DNA of 64,000 bases from Desulfobacterales bacterium. Its GTDB lineage: Bacteria; Desulfobacterota; Desulfobacteria; Desulfobacterales; JAFDDL01. The notes beneath the pieces are model-generated. The model did no database searches and was not told the origin of the DNA. It worked only from the letters and a program-made list of their open reading frames with translations. The position numbers were made by a program, and so were the translations under genes. This document shows, piece after piece, positions 32,230-42,729 of this stretch. The stretch spans positions 11,048-75,047 of the forward strand of contig CAXXKH010000048.1 in the NCBI GenBank assembly GCA_963677545.2, given 5' to 3'. Position 1 is the first letter of the stretch. Each line of letters opens with the position of its first letter.

Positions 32230-33228
32230 CTAATGCTGCATCGCTTTGCTTCGCAGCAGATACAGAAAGAACGGCGCACCCAGAAGCGCCATGATGATCC
32301 CCACCGGCACCTCCACCGGATCGAGAGCCACCCGGGATATCGTGTCGCAGACCATCACCAGGGCGGCGCCCGAGAGCGCACTGGCCGGAAGCAGGTACCG
32401 GTAGTCCGACCCGATGAGAAGCCGGGTGATATGGGGGACGATGAGACCCACAAATCCCAGGAGACCCGCCACACTCACTGCACTGCCGGCCAGCAGGGCG
32501 GAAAGGGCGACAAAAAATAGTCGGGTACGCTCCACGTGCAGTCCCAGCCCCTGGGCCATTTCATCCCCCAGCATGAGAATATTGAGCCTGCGGGCGGAAA
32601 GACTCGCTAGAAAGAAACCGAACACAGTGTATGGCGCGATGATGACGAGATGCTTCCATGTCCTGGCCGAAAGCCCCCCTACCATGTATCCGATTACCGA
32701 GTGGACCCGGTCCGGAAAGAAAATCATCAGCCCCGTGATCATGGCGCCGAGAAACGAGGAGACCGCCACCCCCGCCAGGATGAGACGATAAGGCCGGACT
32801 CCCTGTTGCCAGGCCAGCAGATAGACCAGCATGGTGGTGACCAGGGCGCCGCCGAAGGCCACCGGTGGCAGCAGGTAATATATGCCGGGGTACAGGATCA
32901 GAATAATGACACCCGCCAGACCGGCGCCGGCGGACACGCCGATGATGTTGGGGGCGGCCAGGGGATTTCGCATGATTCCCTGGAGCAGACACCCGGAAAG
33001 AGAGAGACAGACACCGACACAGCCCGCCACCAGGGTCCGGGGGAGCCGTATATTCACGACGATCTGGTAATCCGTCCCCCTTTCCGGCCCCAGAAGGGTG
33101 GCCAGAATCTCGGGAATGGAGAGCTTCAGCGACCCCAGGCCCAGGCTGAAGATAAATCCCAGGACACAGGTAAGGCCCAGCAGGAGCAGCACCAGAATGC
33201 GTTTTCTCCTTCGTCCTTCTGCGTTCAT
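32230..33228 (-). CDS. ABC transporter permease (BtuC/FecCD type)
   Basis: IRLPR, RNPLA.P..IGV..GA, GFVGLIVPH, PVGI...LGAPFF. Confidence 0.95.
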   Translation of the reverse strand: MNAEGRRRKRILVLLLLGLTCVLGFIFSLGLGSLKLSIPEILATLLGPERGTDYQIVVNIRLPRTLVAGCVGVCLSLSGCLLQGIMRNPLAAPNIIGVSAGAGLAGVIILILYPGIYYLLPPVAFGGALVTTMLVYLLAWQQGVRPYRLILAGVAVSSFLGAMITGLMIFFPDRVHSVIGYMVGGLSARTWKHLVIIAPYTVFGFFLASLSARRLNILMLGDEMAQGLGLHVERTRLFFVALSALLAGSAVSVAGLLGFVGLIVPHITRLLIGSDYRYLLPASALSGAALVMVCDTISRVALDPVEVPVGIIMALLGAPFFLYLLRSKAMQH

Positions 33229-33230
33229 TG

Positions 33231-34211
33231 CTATTTCCCCCTATATAAAAGCGCCGCCAGATACCGAAGGGCCTCAGGGAATTCGTCATTCGGCTTGTAG
33301 AGAAAATATTCCTTGGGAAGTACGTGGAACCGGCCGTTCCGAATCGCCTGGAGAGTGGACCAGGCAGCGTTGGTTTCGTACTCCTTTCGAAGCCGGTCCC
33401 GGCACTCCGCCACATCGCCCATGGTGTTGAGAAGGATGATGTCCGGATCGAGTTGAACGATTTTCTCAAGGCTGAAGTCCACCCGGGTTTTATCCCTCAG
33501 TCGGTACCGGTCCGCAATGACGTTTTCAGCCCCCAGCAGAGAGAGCATCACACCAGCCTGGGAGCCGGGCAGTTCGCAGGAAATCGAATTGGATGTGGTG
33601 AAAATCACCAGCACCCGGGGGGGCGTTCGTCCGGCACAACCCTGAATAATCCCGTTTACTTCCGTCGCCATATTTTCAAGATCGGTTTTTACCTGACCCT
33701 GAGTCCCGTTTATTCTGGCAAAAAGATCGAGGATGTGCCTGTAGTCGTGGTAATTCACATAATTGAAGTAAGCGTAGGCAATATCGTTCTGTTCCAGGAT
33801 TGGAATCATGGCCCGGAAATTTCCCACATCCGAGGAGATCACCAGGTCCGGCTCGAGGGCGATTATCTTTTCCACATTGGGATTGTTGAAAGAGCCCACC
33901 ACTTCGGCTTTCCGGGCCCGGGCGGGCACACGAAGGTCTCCCGCGCAACGGCCCACCACCTCCCCGCCCGTCTGGTCCCACAGGTCCAGAAGGGAAGTGA
34001 GCAGCACCACGGTGCGTTTCGGATGCTTTGGAAGTACCGAGAGACTCCCATCCGGCAGCCTGCAGCTAACAGTTGCGGAGGTTTCCGCCGCAATGAGGGA
34101 TTTCGGTACATTTCGAACGTCTACATTTTTCGAATCACCATTACATGCCCAAAGAGAGAGAAGCATGAAAAAGGTCAAAAAAGCAAAGCGAAACAATGCC
34201 GAACAAAACAT
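33231..34211 (-). CDS. ABC transporter substrate-binding lipoprotein
   Basis: Lipobox LWAC; PNVEKIIALEPDLVI, SLEKIVQLDPDII, AIRNGRF. Confidence 0.9.
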   Translation of the reverse strand: MFCSALFRFAFLTFFMLLSLWACNGDSKNVDVRNVPKSLIAAETSATVSCRLPDGSLSVLPKHPKRTVVLLTSLLDLWDQTGGEVVGRCAGDLRVPARARKAEVVGSFNNPNVEKIIALEPDLVISSDVGNFRAMIPILEQNDIAYAYFNYVNYHDYRHILDLFARINGTQGQVKTDLENMATEVNGIIQGCAGRTPPRVLVIFTTSNSISCELPGSQAGVMLSLLGAENVIADRYRLRDKTRVDFSLEKIVQLDPDIILLNTMGDVAECRDRLRKEYETNAAWSTLQAIRNGRFHVLPKEYFLYKPNDEFPEALRYLAALLYRGK

Positions 34212-34213
34212 CT

Positions 34214-34999
34214 CTACGATTCCTTCCCCACCAGGGCCGCGCCGACAGCACCGTTGAACTGGGGATGATCGGGCACATGGATATCCGCCATCAGCGCGTC
34301 TTCCAGGGCTTCCACAATACCCGCGTTAAGCCCGCCACCCCCGGTCAGCAGAATTTCCGGCGAAACACCGGCCTTCCTGGCCATGCCGGCGATGCGGTTC
34401 GCCAGCGACCGGTGAATCCCCGCGGCGATATCCTCCCGTTTCTTCTTTCGCGCCACCAGGGATATTACTTCCGATTCGGCGAACACGACACAGGTACTGT
34501 TAATAGTCAAGGGCCTCGCCGAAGTCAATGACAAGGGGCCCAGATCTTCGATATTCAGTTCCAGCACCCGGGCCAGGGATTCGAGGAAACGCCCCGTGCC
34601 GGCGGCGCACTTGTCGTTCATGGCGAAATTCAATACATCGTGATGCCCGTCAAGCGTGATAACCTTGCTGTCCTGCCCACCGATATCGATAACCGTCTGG
34701 ACCGCCACGCCTTCCGGTGCGGACCACCGGGCGCCCCGGGCGTGGGCCTTGATTTCGGTAACGGTATCGTGGGCGGTTTCGATGCTTCGCCGGCTGTAGC
34801 CCGTAGCGGTAATACGGCGAATCTCTTCCGGATTGACGCCGTTTTTCTCGGCTATGTCGGCGGTCAGCTTCTTCGATGTCCCGTCTGCATCGATGCCGGT
34901 GGGTTTTTTATCGAAGCCGATCAACCGTTCGGCATCGTCCATAATGGCCACCTTGATATACGTGGAACCGGCATCGATGCCCGTAAAATAAGAACTCAT
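34214..34999 (-). CDS. ATP-dependent [4Fe-4S] activase (HgdC/BcrAD/DCCP-reductase, ASKHA family)
   Basis: GIDAGST, TGY.R, DIGGQDSK, MNDKCAAGTGRFLE, STCVVFAESEVIS. Confidence 0.93.
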   Translation of the reverse strand: MSSYFTGIDAGSTYIKVAIMDDAERLIGFDKKPTGIDADGTSKKLTADIAEKNGVNPEEIRRITATGYSRRSIETAHDTVTEIKAHARGARWSAPEGVAVQTVIDIGGQDSKVITLDGHHDVLNFAMNDKCAAGTGRFLESLARVLELNIEDLGPLSLTSARPLTINSTCVVFAESEVISLVARKKKREDIAAGIHRSLANRIAGMARKAGVSPEILLTGGGGLNAGIVEALEDALMADIHVPDHPQFNGAVGAALVGKES

Positions 35000-36309
35000 A
35001 ATTCCTCCGATCGTGCTTTTCTTTTTCTGACCCCCAGCATCTCGATGAACGCCTCGATACGCGTTCGCAGTTGTTCCACATCTTCGGGATTGTAATCCGT
35101 TTCGATGCGGAGGAGGGGAACATTTATCTCTTTCAGGTTTTTTTCCATCCGGTGAACTTCAAAATCATATATTACGCATCCCTTGAGTACGTGGTAGAGC
35201 ACACCGTCCGCGGCATATTCTTTCGCCATCCGGCGGATCAGGAATAACCGGTCGTCATTGGGGGCAAAGGAGGGACACACGCAGGGCGCCAGGTATCTGG
35301 AGGCAATGCCCGCCATTTGATCCCCCAGGCTTTTTTCCGTATGCCCCACCGGATCATAGAGGTACCGATCTCCGGCACAAGACTCGTCAAACACCACAAC
35401 CCCGCCCATCTCCTCCACCAGGGTGGGAATTTTCAGGTTGGGAAAAATTGCGGGGCTTCCCGCAATCAGCACCCTCGGCCTGTTTTCACCACAAATGGAA
35501 TGCTCCCGGTGTACATCAGCTTCGAGAGTTTCGTTCAGCCGGGCAAGAGCTCCGGACCAGTCCGGCAAAGCGGCATAGGCATAGGAATTGATGACTGCCG
35601 TGGTCTGTCGACCCCAGATCACGGGTCTGCCGTCTTTCCGAATCGAAAGCAACCGTCTGATTTCGGACTGGCAGTGGGCGGATTGCGCCGTGGCCGCGGA
35701 GAGTCTCCCGGAAGTAATCCGGTTCTTTCCCCGGCCGTTTCCGGCGTATGCTTCCACCCTGGATTTCAGAGCATATACCTGCTCCATCCACATACGACGG
35801 GAGGCATTCGAATCCTTGACGTGGGGTGTTTCCAGCAGCCAGACTTCCTTGAAGGCCGACAGTTCCTCCCCGAGCTTCCGCTTGGCATCGCAGGTGGTGG
35901 GAACGATGACCACATCGCAAAGGTCAAAGAGATCCAGCCCGCTTTGCATGGACAGTCCCATGGCCGACTTCACAAGCGGGCAGCCATCCCTCGGCACACG
36001 GTCTTCACCGAGTTGCGAGGAATCGTAGCATCCAGCGCACAGACGAATAGGGACGGCGCCGGCAGCATAAATAAGCTCTTCGGGAACCACCATGCAGTAC
36101 ACCCCTATGACGGGTTTTCCCCGGTTTTCTTCACCCAGTACCGACTCGAGATCGTTTCGTACAAACACCGACTCCATAATGTCGTAGAAATAGTCCAGCT
36201 CTCCGGGTGAATCCGGTATTTCCCGAAGCTGCGCCAATTCGCCGGCAGCCTGACGGGAAATATTTCTTACCAACCGTTTTTCTTTTTTTCTTATCGATTT
36301 TTCATTCAT
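34996..36309 (-). CDS. 2-hydroxyacyl-CoA dehydratase (HGD-D) family protein, double-cubane-cluster (DCCP)-like
   Basis: GVYC..PEEL, RLC, DGCPLVKS, TTCDAKRK, DESC, CVCPSF, KGC..Y, IETDY..ED.EQL.TRIEAF.E; single gene next to an activase. Confidence 0.85.
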   Translation of the reverse strand: MNEKSIRKKEKRLVRNISRQAAGELAQLREIPDSPGELDYFYDIMESVFVRNDLESVLGEENRGKPVIGVYCMVVPEELIYAAGAVPIRLCAGCYDSSQLGEDRVPRDGCPLVKSAMGLSMQSGLDLFDLCDVVIVPTTCDAKRKLGEELSAFKEVWLLETPHVKDSNASRRMWMEQVYALKSRVEAYAGNGRGKNRITSGRLSAATAQSAHCQSEIRRLLSIRKDGRPVIWGRQTTAVINSYAYAALPDWSGALARLNETLEADVHREHSICGENRPRVLIAGSPAIFPNLKIPTLVEEMGGVVVFDESCAGDRYLYDPVGHTEKSLGDQMAGIASRYLAPCVCPSFAPNDDRLFLIRRMAKEYAADGVLYHVLKGCVIYDFEVHRMEKNLKEINVPLLRIETDYNPEDVEQLRTRIEAFIEMLGVRKRKARSEEL

Positions 36310-36327
36310 AATGATGCTCGATTTTTT

Positions 36328-37281
36328 TCATGATTGTTCCTCCGTATTATTGATGGAAAGGGATGTGATTCGATTCTTGAAAAACCGCTTCGTGGAAGAC
36401 CGGTAAATGGTTATGCCGAGGTAAGACGCCGAAAGCGCGTCGGGCTCGGGACAGTTTTCGACACACTTCAGGCAGAGGGTGCAGTCGGGAAAAGTGACAT
36501 CCTTCCGTCCGCGGGAACGACAGACCTCTTCGATATCCACGGGACAGACGTTGTAGCAGATTTCGCACCGAGTGCAGTTTTCGTCGTTTTTCTTAAGTTT
36601 CAGAAAGCTTATCTTTCGATACCAGGAGAGAATCAGCCCCAGGGGGCAGAGGGTGCACCAGAACCGACGTTTGGCAAAGGCGAACAGAAATGCGATTCCC
36701 GAAAAGGTCAGGCCCAGAGAGGACATGACGATGGTGGTGGCGTTTTTGAAATTGACGGCTACCCGGTCCGGGTTCCCCACAAGAAGCGGCAGAATATACT
36801 TCCCGGGGCAAAGCTGGCAATAGGGGATGTTCAGCCCCAGGGCTACGCAGGGGCACCCCACCGGAAACGCCGCCCAGATCGGCAGCAGCAGGGCGATGGA
36901 AAAAAAAGCCCACTTAACCCAGGAAAGGCCTTTTTTCAGCCCCGTGGAGAAACGGATGCCGCTGATCCCCAGCTTCTTTCTCACCCAGTCGAAAACATCC
37001 TGGAAAAGGCCCAGGGGGCAGATCCATCCGCACCAGGCCTTTCCCAGGACAATCACCAGGAGGGAGAAAAACAGGAGGCGTTGTGCAAACATCAGCATAC
37101 TCTCGGCGGTGAAAGTACCCAGCGTTCGCTGAAGGGTAAGCATGAAACAGGTGCCGGCCCGGGCCCGGACATAACAGCAGGAAAACGTCGGCAGGAAATA
37201 GCCGAAGTAGAGCCCCGCATAAGCGCCGAACAGCAGCACGATAAAAGCCGAAATCAGTATGGTCCAGCGAAGTTTCGTCAT
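36328..37281 (-). CDS. Membrane-bound 4Fe-4S binding protein (NapH/MauN/RdxA-like)
   Basis: WCGWICPLG, YCQLCP, FWCTLCPLG and two CxxCxxCxxxCP motifs; TM segments. Confidence 0.9.
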   Translation of the reverse strand: MTKLRWTILISAFIVLLFGAYAGLYFGYFLPTFSCCYVRARAGTCFMLTLQRTLGTFTAESMLMFAQRLLFFSLLVIVLGKAWCGWICPLGLFQDVFDWVRKKLGISGIRFSTGLKKGLSWVKWAFFSIALLLPIWAAFPVGCPCVALGLNIPYCQLCPGKYILPLLVGNPDRVAVNFKNATTIVMSSLGLTFSGIAFLFAFAKRRFWCTLCPLGLILSWYRKISFLKLKKNDENCTRCEICYNVCPVDIEEVCRSRGRKDVTFPDCTLCLKCVENCPEPDALSASYLGITIYRSSTKRFFKNRITSLSINNTEEQS

Positions 37282-37283
37282 AT

Positions 37284-38378
37284 TCAGATCTCTATCCTGT
37301 GGTTTTTAAAAACTGCCATTTGCCGCGTCTCCTGCCATCTCTTCCGGCGGGCATGACCCCATATGCCGAGGAGACACAACCCGCAACCGATAATGGCCCA
37401 GAAGACAAACCCGACGGTTTTACTCCGCCATTCCGGACGGTTTTTATGGACCTCCGTCGGCATGGTGGAAATATAGGTCCTCCCCGATGCCGAGTCCCGA
37501 TGGAACGTCACGTAGATATACCGCTGCCAGTCCGCGGCCAGGGCCCTGTCGTCGGTGGGAATAATTTCAAAGATGCCGCTTTCGTCGGTGACGGCACTCT
37601 TCCGCCACCCGGCCCCTTCGGCAATAATATCAACCTGCGCTCCGGCAAGGGGAGCACCTTTGAACTTCACCATCATTTCATAACTGCGATGGGAGGTCTG
37701 GCTGCCGCCTCCTGACCTTGATTTCGCGGTGTTGATCACCGGGCCGATTTCGAGGGGCATACGCGCGGGATCGTCAAAAAAAACCACCGACACGCTTCCC
37801 ACGTTCCCGCCGCTCTTGCGATGAGGGATCAGCTGTTTGGCGCAGAAGTGAACCGGCTCAAAAACGCCATCGCCGTCCATATCGAGCTTTTCGGCAACGG
37901 CATGGGCCCCCAGTAAATATCTTCCGGTCAAATTTTCGTCCGGGGGAAGAGTGACAATATCTCCCCCCCCGGTAATCTCCTTCAAGGTATGCACCACGCC
38001 GTCGGGATCCCTTAAAAATACGGATGCCGTTTCGGCTATGGTTTCACCGAAGGAGTGAAAAGCACCGTCCGCCGCCATCACCTCCAGGGTCAACCGTTTC
38101 GGGTCCTGGTTAGCGGTCCTGCGAAGTTTCCTCTGTTTTCGAATCTCCCGCCAGGGAAGGGCTTCCGGGTTCGGATCGCTGATATATTTTTCCTGATCTA
38201 AAAGACGCCAGCAGCAGACCGGAACCGCATCCACCGTCCCGGCTGCTGCCGGCGTCAGGGGGGGACTCATCGCCAGGAAAAGTACCGGAAAGAATCGTAT
38301 CACGGTGAGTCTGTGTTTGATAAAAGACAAAATTTTCATACATAAATTCCTTCCAGTACAGTTCCAGACACGTAGCAT
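37284..38378 (-). CDS. Hypothetical exported protein with C-terminal membrane anchor (DUF4198-like C-terminal fold)
   Basis: Signal-like segment; PLEI.P, V.FKGAPLAGA.V, TDESG motifs; C-terminal TM helix; start may be 38339. Confidence 0.65.
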   Translation of the reverse strand: MLRVWNCTGRNLCMKILSFIKHRLTVIRFFPVLFLAMSPPLTPAAAGTVDAVPVCCWRLLDQEKYISDPNPEALPWREIRKQRKLRRTANQDPKRLTLEVMAADGAFHSFGETIAETASVFLRDPDGVVHTLKEITGGGDIVTLPPDENLTGRYLLGAHAVAEKLDMDGDGVFEPVHFCAKQLIPHRKSGGNVGSVSVVFFDDPARMPLEIGPVINTAKSRSGGGSQTSHRSYEMMVKFKGAPLAGAQVDIIAEGAGWRKSAVTDESGIFEIIPTDDRALAADWQRYIYVTFHRDSASGRTYISTMPTEVHKNRPEWRSKTVGFVFWAIIGCGLCLLGIWGHARRKRWQETRQMAVFKNHRIEI

Positions 38379-39161
38379 CTATCTTACCTCGAAAGTCAGG
38401 GAAGAAGTGAATGAGTACTCATCCGCCTCTTCCGGATCGGGATAAGGCGCCTTGTGGTTCGCTTTGAGAATCCAGGGGCCGGAGTGAAGAATCTTGATCT
38501 CTCCCAGCCCCTTGCTGTTGGTCCGGGTGCTGTAGGCCCAGTCGTCCTCCTGAGAAAACCCCACGTAGGTGGCGTTGACGTATTCTGCCACCGGCTTTCC
38601 CTTGAAGAGGAGCTTGAACTGGAAATAATCTCCTGCTTTCAGGTCAGCGGGATTGTCCAGAGGGATAAACTCCAAAGCGTCCCCCACTGGGGTTTCAAGA
38701 ACCTTGGTTCCGGAAGGACTTCCCACATTGAGGATCGCCTTACCATACATACCGATATATCGGGAAGATAAGACGTTCTTAAGGCCCTTCCGGGGCTGCT
38801 GCTTATACCCCTCGGTGGTTTTGGTGGAAAATCCCTCTTTGCGTTTCACCATGCCCAAGTAAGTACCCGGGGCGAGCCTCTTAGCGGACTCGTATTGGAA
38901 TTCGTTGACGGCATCGACGCCGATTCTCTCACCGGACGGATCGATGAGATAGATCTCCCCGAGCCGGTCGCCGCCCACGAGGATATCCCCCACGGGATTG
39001 TAGAAATGATGCCCCCATCCCACGGTAAACCTGGCGGTGGATTTTCCGGCGGGGGTATAGTCGTTTACATTGAGCCACATGTAGTGGGCCTGGGTTTCGA
39101 TGGAAAAAAAACAAATGCTGAAGAAAAATGCAGTGAAAACTACCTGTTTAAAAATACGCAT
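38379..39161 (-). CDS. DUF4198 family periplasmic protein (associated with Co/Ni uptake)
   Basis: Signal ending TQA-H; GWGH, LEFIPL.NP, LFKGKP, TNSKG, GPW. Confidence 0.85.
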   Translation of the reverse strand: MRIFKQVVFTAFFFSICFFSIETQAHYMWLNVNDYTPAGKSTARFTVGWGHHFYNPVGDILVGGDRLGEIYLIDPSGERIGVDAVNEFQYESAKRLAPGTYLGMVKRKEGFSTKTTEGYKQQPRKGLKNVLSSRYIGMYGKAILNVGSPSGTKVLETPVGDALEFIPLDNPADLKAGDYFQFKLLFKGKPVAEYVNATYVGFSQEDDWAYSTRTNSKGLGEIKILHSGPWILKANHKAPYPDPEEADEYSFTSSLTFEVR

Positions 39162-39183
39162 GAATATCCTCCTTTTTCATTGG

Positions 39184-41402
39184 TTACCAGTCGAGCTTTA
39201 GCTCAAGCAAAAAACTGCGTTCTCTTCCGATGGAATACTCGTAATACTCCTCATCGAATAGGTTCTCCACCGACAGAGAAACCCGTATTTTTTTAATATA
39301 CCGCGTCTCATAGGGAATATTGGCAATTGCTTTGGCTTCCCAGATCCAGACGGTTGAATCCGCTTTGTAGACATTCGGGATATCGGTGTTGTATTTGGTA
39401 TTATAAATACGGCCGGCATATCGCCCCGCCAGGTTGAACGACAACCAGTCGTAAACATAATTTGCACCGATATTGATGGTTTCATCCGGCATGCCGGTGA
39501 CGCTTTTACCCACCATTCCGGGGTCATGATCCTGTCTGGTAATTTCGGAATCATTGTATGTGTAATTGCCCCAGATTGTGAAAGAATCAAAAGGGATAAT
39601 GGATGCACTCAGCTCGACGCCCTGAATGCGAACCTCTCCGGCATTGTCTTTTCTGGAATCCCCGGCGTCATCATTGTAAGAGTAAATGAGATTCTCAATA
39701 TCGGAGTGAAACAACATGACCTCTGTTTTGACTTTTCTTCCGAGAAAGTATTTAACAACGCCAATTTCGTAATTGAGAATGGTTTCGGAATCCAGATCCG
39801 GGTTGGAGTAAACCATCCGGCTGCTGGACTCATAAGTACGGTAAAGATCGTAAATGGTTGGAGATCGGAAGGCCTTTCCCACGGAGCCTTTCAAAATGGT
39901 CTCCTTGCTCAGGGTCCACACCAGGGATAATTTCGGGCTGACAGCGGAGTTATCCACATCGTCGAGTATCGTCGGATTTTCCGTGCTGCCGCTTTTCCCG
40001 TCGTATGCTTCCCAGAAATCCGCCCGAATCCCGGCATAGATAGTGAATTTGTCCTTGATCGCCTCTATTTCATCCTGGACATACAGGGCATAATACTGGT
40101 CCTTACCCAGTGTTAACTCCATTTTTCCCGATATTTTGCTGTCTTCGTCCTGATAATAAGCCACATCGAACTGACCCTGGTCGAAATCATTATATCTACC
40201 GTAAACACCGGTGGTGATATGATGCCGGCCGCCGATATCGAAATTCAACTGCAGGTCGGTAAAAAAGGTATCCGTATCGAATTCCTTGACATTGCCGCCG
40301 GCATCATAATACCCCTCGCCCGTTGCCGCCGAAGCCGTGGTGTACCACATATCCTCATGCTGGTAGCCGAATTTTCCGAGAAAGGTGAGGGGGCCGAAGA
40401 TTTCCGTATATGTCGTCATGTAAGATGAATTTGTTATATCGCGGGGACTCGACAGATAGTACTTTTCGGCAATGGATACGTACTCCCCGTTCCCGACATC
40501 GACCCTTCCATCGAAAACCGGATTTCCGTCTGCATCCGTTATGTATGTATGGGGGGGGGCATATTCATAGAAAGTTGATTCCACCTGGCCTTCCAGTCGA
40601 ATGGACCCGGTTTCCGACAGTTCATATTTCGACGTAAAGCTTATCCCCCATTGATCTTCGTTTCGGTCTCCTGTATCACCGACGATCCAGGCGGCTTGAT
40701 CGGTCCGGGTCTTCATGAAAAAACCGCCCCTGAGATCACCGTCTCCGGATCTTATGGTTCTCTGGACATAACTTCTGGGATAACCGAATAACTCTTCATC
40801 CCTTTCAAACCAAGCCGAAAGCTGAATTTTTCTCCGACCCTGTTCCCGATATAGCCGCTGTAGGAGAGATTGTCGTCACTTCCGAGACGTGTCTTGAGCC
40901 CGGCCTCGAACTGATCGGGCATTTTCGTAATAACATTGATGGTTCCGCCCATGGCGTTACCGCCGTAAAGTGCCGAGGCAGGTCCCCGGACAATCTCAAT
41001 CCGCTCGACATTTTCGACGCCGACATTGTCCCATCTGTGACCGCCGTACCAGCCGCTGTTGAGCGGCATGCCGTTCAACATCAAGAGTGTGTGACTGGCG
41101 CTGGGAAGTCCCCTCAACTTTCCTTCAAAATACCCCGCCTCATACTGAAGAGCCTCGTCAAGCCTGTTGAACGTAAACGATTCCAGTTCTTCTTTTGTTA
41201 CCACCGATACGGCGGCGGGAGCGAGACCCATCTCCTTTTCGCTTCTTGTGGCCGTAACAATCAGTTCGTCCAGAAAAAAAGAATCCTTTATACTGCTCAA
41301 TTTTTTTGTTTCCGAAAATGTCTCCTGTGCGAAGCAGGTGAGCGGTGCTGCCAGCACACCTGCAACAATCAAAAAAAACAATCCTGCTAAAACCGTTTTC
41401 AT
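39184..41402 (-). pseudogene. TonB-dependent receptor split by one missing base at ~40808
   Basis: Plug ORF 40752-41402 and barrel ORF 39184-40716; adding one A to AAA 40807-40809 restores RLGFERDEELFGYPRSYV, collinear with paralog 42730-44916. Confidence 0.85.
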
Positions 41403-41553
41403 TTCGAGCCTCCATGCAATTCAAATACATGTGCGCCTCCTTACCAAAAAAACCCACGCCCGGAGGGGCGCAAGCATTCCGTTTTTAATCCTGTCAGTAC
41501 AATTGTTTATCAGCAAACGACCCTGTATCCCGAGGGGTTTACTTGAAAAATCA

Positions 41554-41722
41554 CAGGCAGGTCTTCTGACTCTCCCGCCTTTGCCGCCGCCTTCCCACCG
41601 CCTCCCGGGCGGCAGTGGCATATGTTGCAGCAAAGGTTCCCTGTATAAGGGCGGGATCACAGCGGCGGGTCCGCTCCCGATTCTCACGGGATTCCCTGTT
41701 GGGTCCTTCCGGACACCTGTGT
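41554..41722 (-). ncRNA. Cobalamin riboswitch 3
   Basis: - strand AGGGAATCCCGTGAGAATCGGGAGCGGACCCGCCGCTGT...GCCACTG...GGGAAGG...AGTCAGAAGACCTGCC; hairpin plus T-run near 41446-41470. Confidence 0.92.
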
Positions 41723-41874
41723 TTCAGTAAGAAAGACAGTTTATTCGAATTTCTCCGGCAACATCATTCCGGCCGCATTCGATTCATTAAATACTACTGG
41801 TGCTTTTTCCAGTTTTGAATATGTTGCCGACCACCTCCTTTCTACGACAAGCTCCGTTCCGGATCGTCTGAAAT

Positions 41875-41909
41875 AAAAAATCCCGGACCGAAGTAATTCG
41901 ATCCGGGAT
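41875..41909 (-). terminator. Attenuator terminator of riboswitch 4
   Basis: - strand ATCCCGGATCGAA..TTCGGTCCGGGAT-TTTTT. Confidence 0.82.
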
Positions 41910-41980
41910 GTCCCTTTTTTATCCGCAGATATTCGTCTGAAACACAACGCCGTCCGCGCAGTCGTGTCTCCTATATGTTT

Positions 41981-42132
41981 CAGGCAGGTCTTCTGACTTC
42001 CGGATCATCCTACCGGCTGCGCCTTCCCGACCTTTCGGCCAGTGACATCATGCAGCTTTCGTCCCCGATTACAGCGGCGGGCCCGTCCCCGATTCCCACG
42101 GAGTTCCCTATTAAGCTCTTTCGAGCGCCTTT
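41981..42132 (-). ncRNA. Cobalamin riboswitch 4
   Basis: - strand AGGGAACTCCGTGGGAATCGG...CCCGCCGCTGT...GGGAAGG...AGTCAGAAGACCTGCC; TTGACA-N16-TATAAT at 42179-42152 upstream. Confidence 0.93.
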
Positions 42133-42228
42133 AATACTAGTTGTTCCGACGATTATAAATGCCTTGGAGCGAATGTCAAGCGGAAAAATAAGAATAGTGA
42201 CACCGCCCGTATCGGGGCATAAAGTCGG

Positions 42229-42610
42229 CTACCAATCAATCGTCACCTCGGCGAAATAACTGCGTTCGCGTCCCAAGCTGCTCTCGAAATATGATTATCT
42301 CCGTATCGTTGTATGTGTAGTTCCCCCCATGCATTCAGCCATTTGAAAGGATATATCGATGTCTACAATTCTAACCCGTCAATCTTGGCCTCGCCGGCAT
42401 TGTCCTTGAAACGATCACCGCCAACGGTGCAGTAGTGAATAAAATCGATGCTTTCCGTATGAAAGCCCGTCAGCGACGGTTTCAGACTCCTGCCGAAGGG
42501 GTACAGGTATTGAAAGACGCCGAGCTCATAATTGATCCGGGTTTCCGTTCACAATTCCGTTACTGCTTCGGTAGTAGGTTCGATACAGTTCGCAGAGCGA
42601 CGGCGGTTTG
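42229..42610 (-). pseudogene. C-terminal remnant of a further TonB-dependent receptor paralog
   Basis: Fragments KPPSL.ELYRTY, NYELGV.QY, FKDNAGEAKIDGLE, NYTYNDTEI, YFESSLGRERSYFAEVTIDW* match the neighbour 42730-44916. Confidence 0.8.
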
Positions 42611-42729
42611 CATTCTATAACGGATTTCATTCGCGAAAACCTGCTTTTGAGCCGTCTTTTCTTATTATTGAATTTATCACATCTTTCAATCTTTTTTATG
42701 CAACGCCGGAGATAATCATACGTTCCGTA

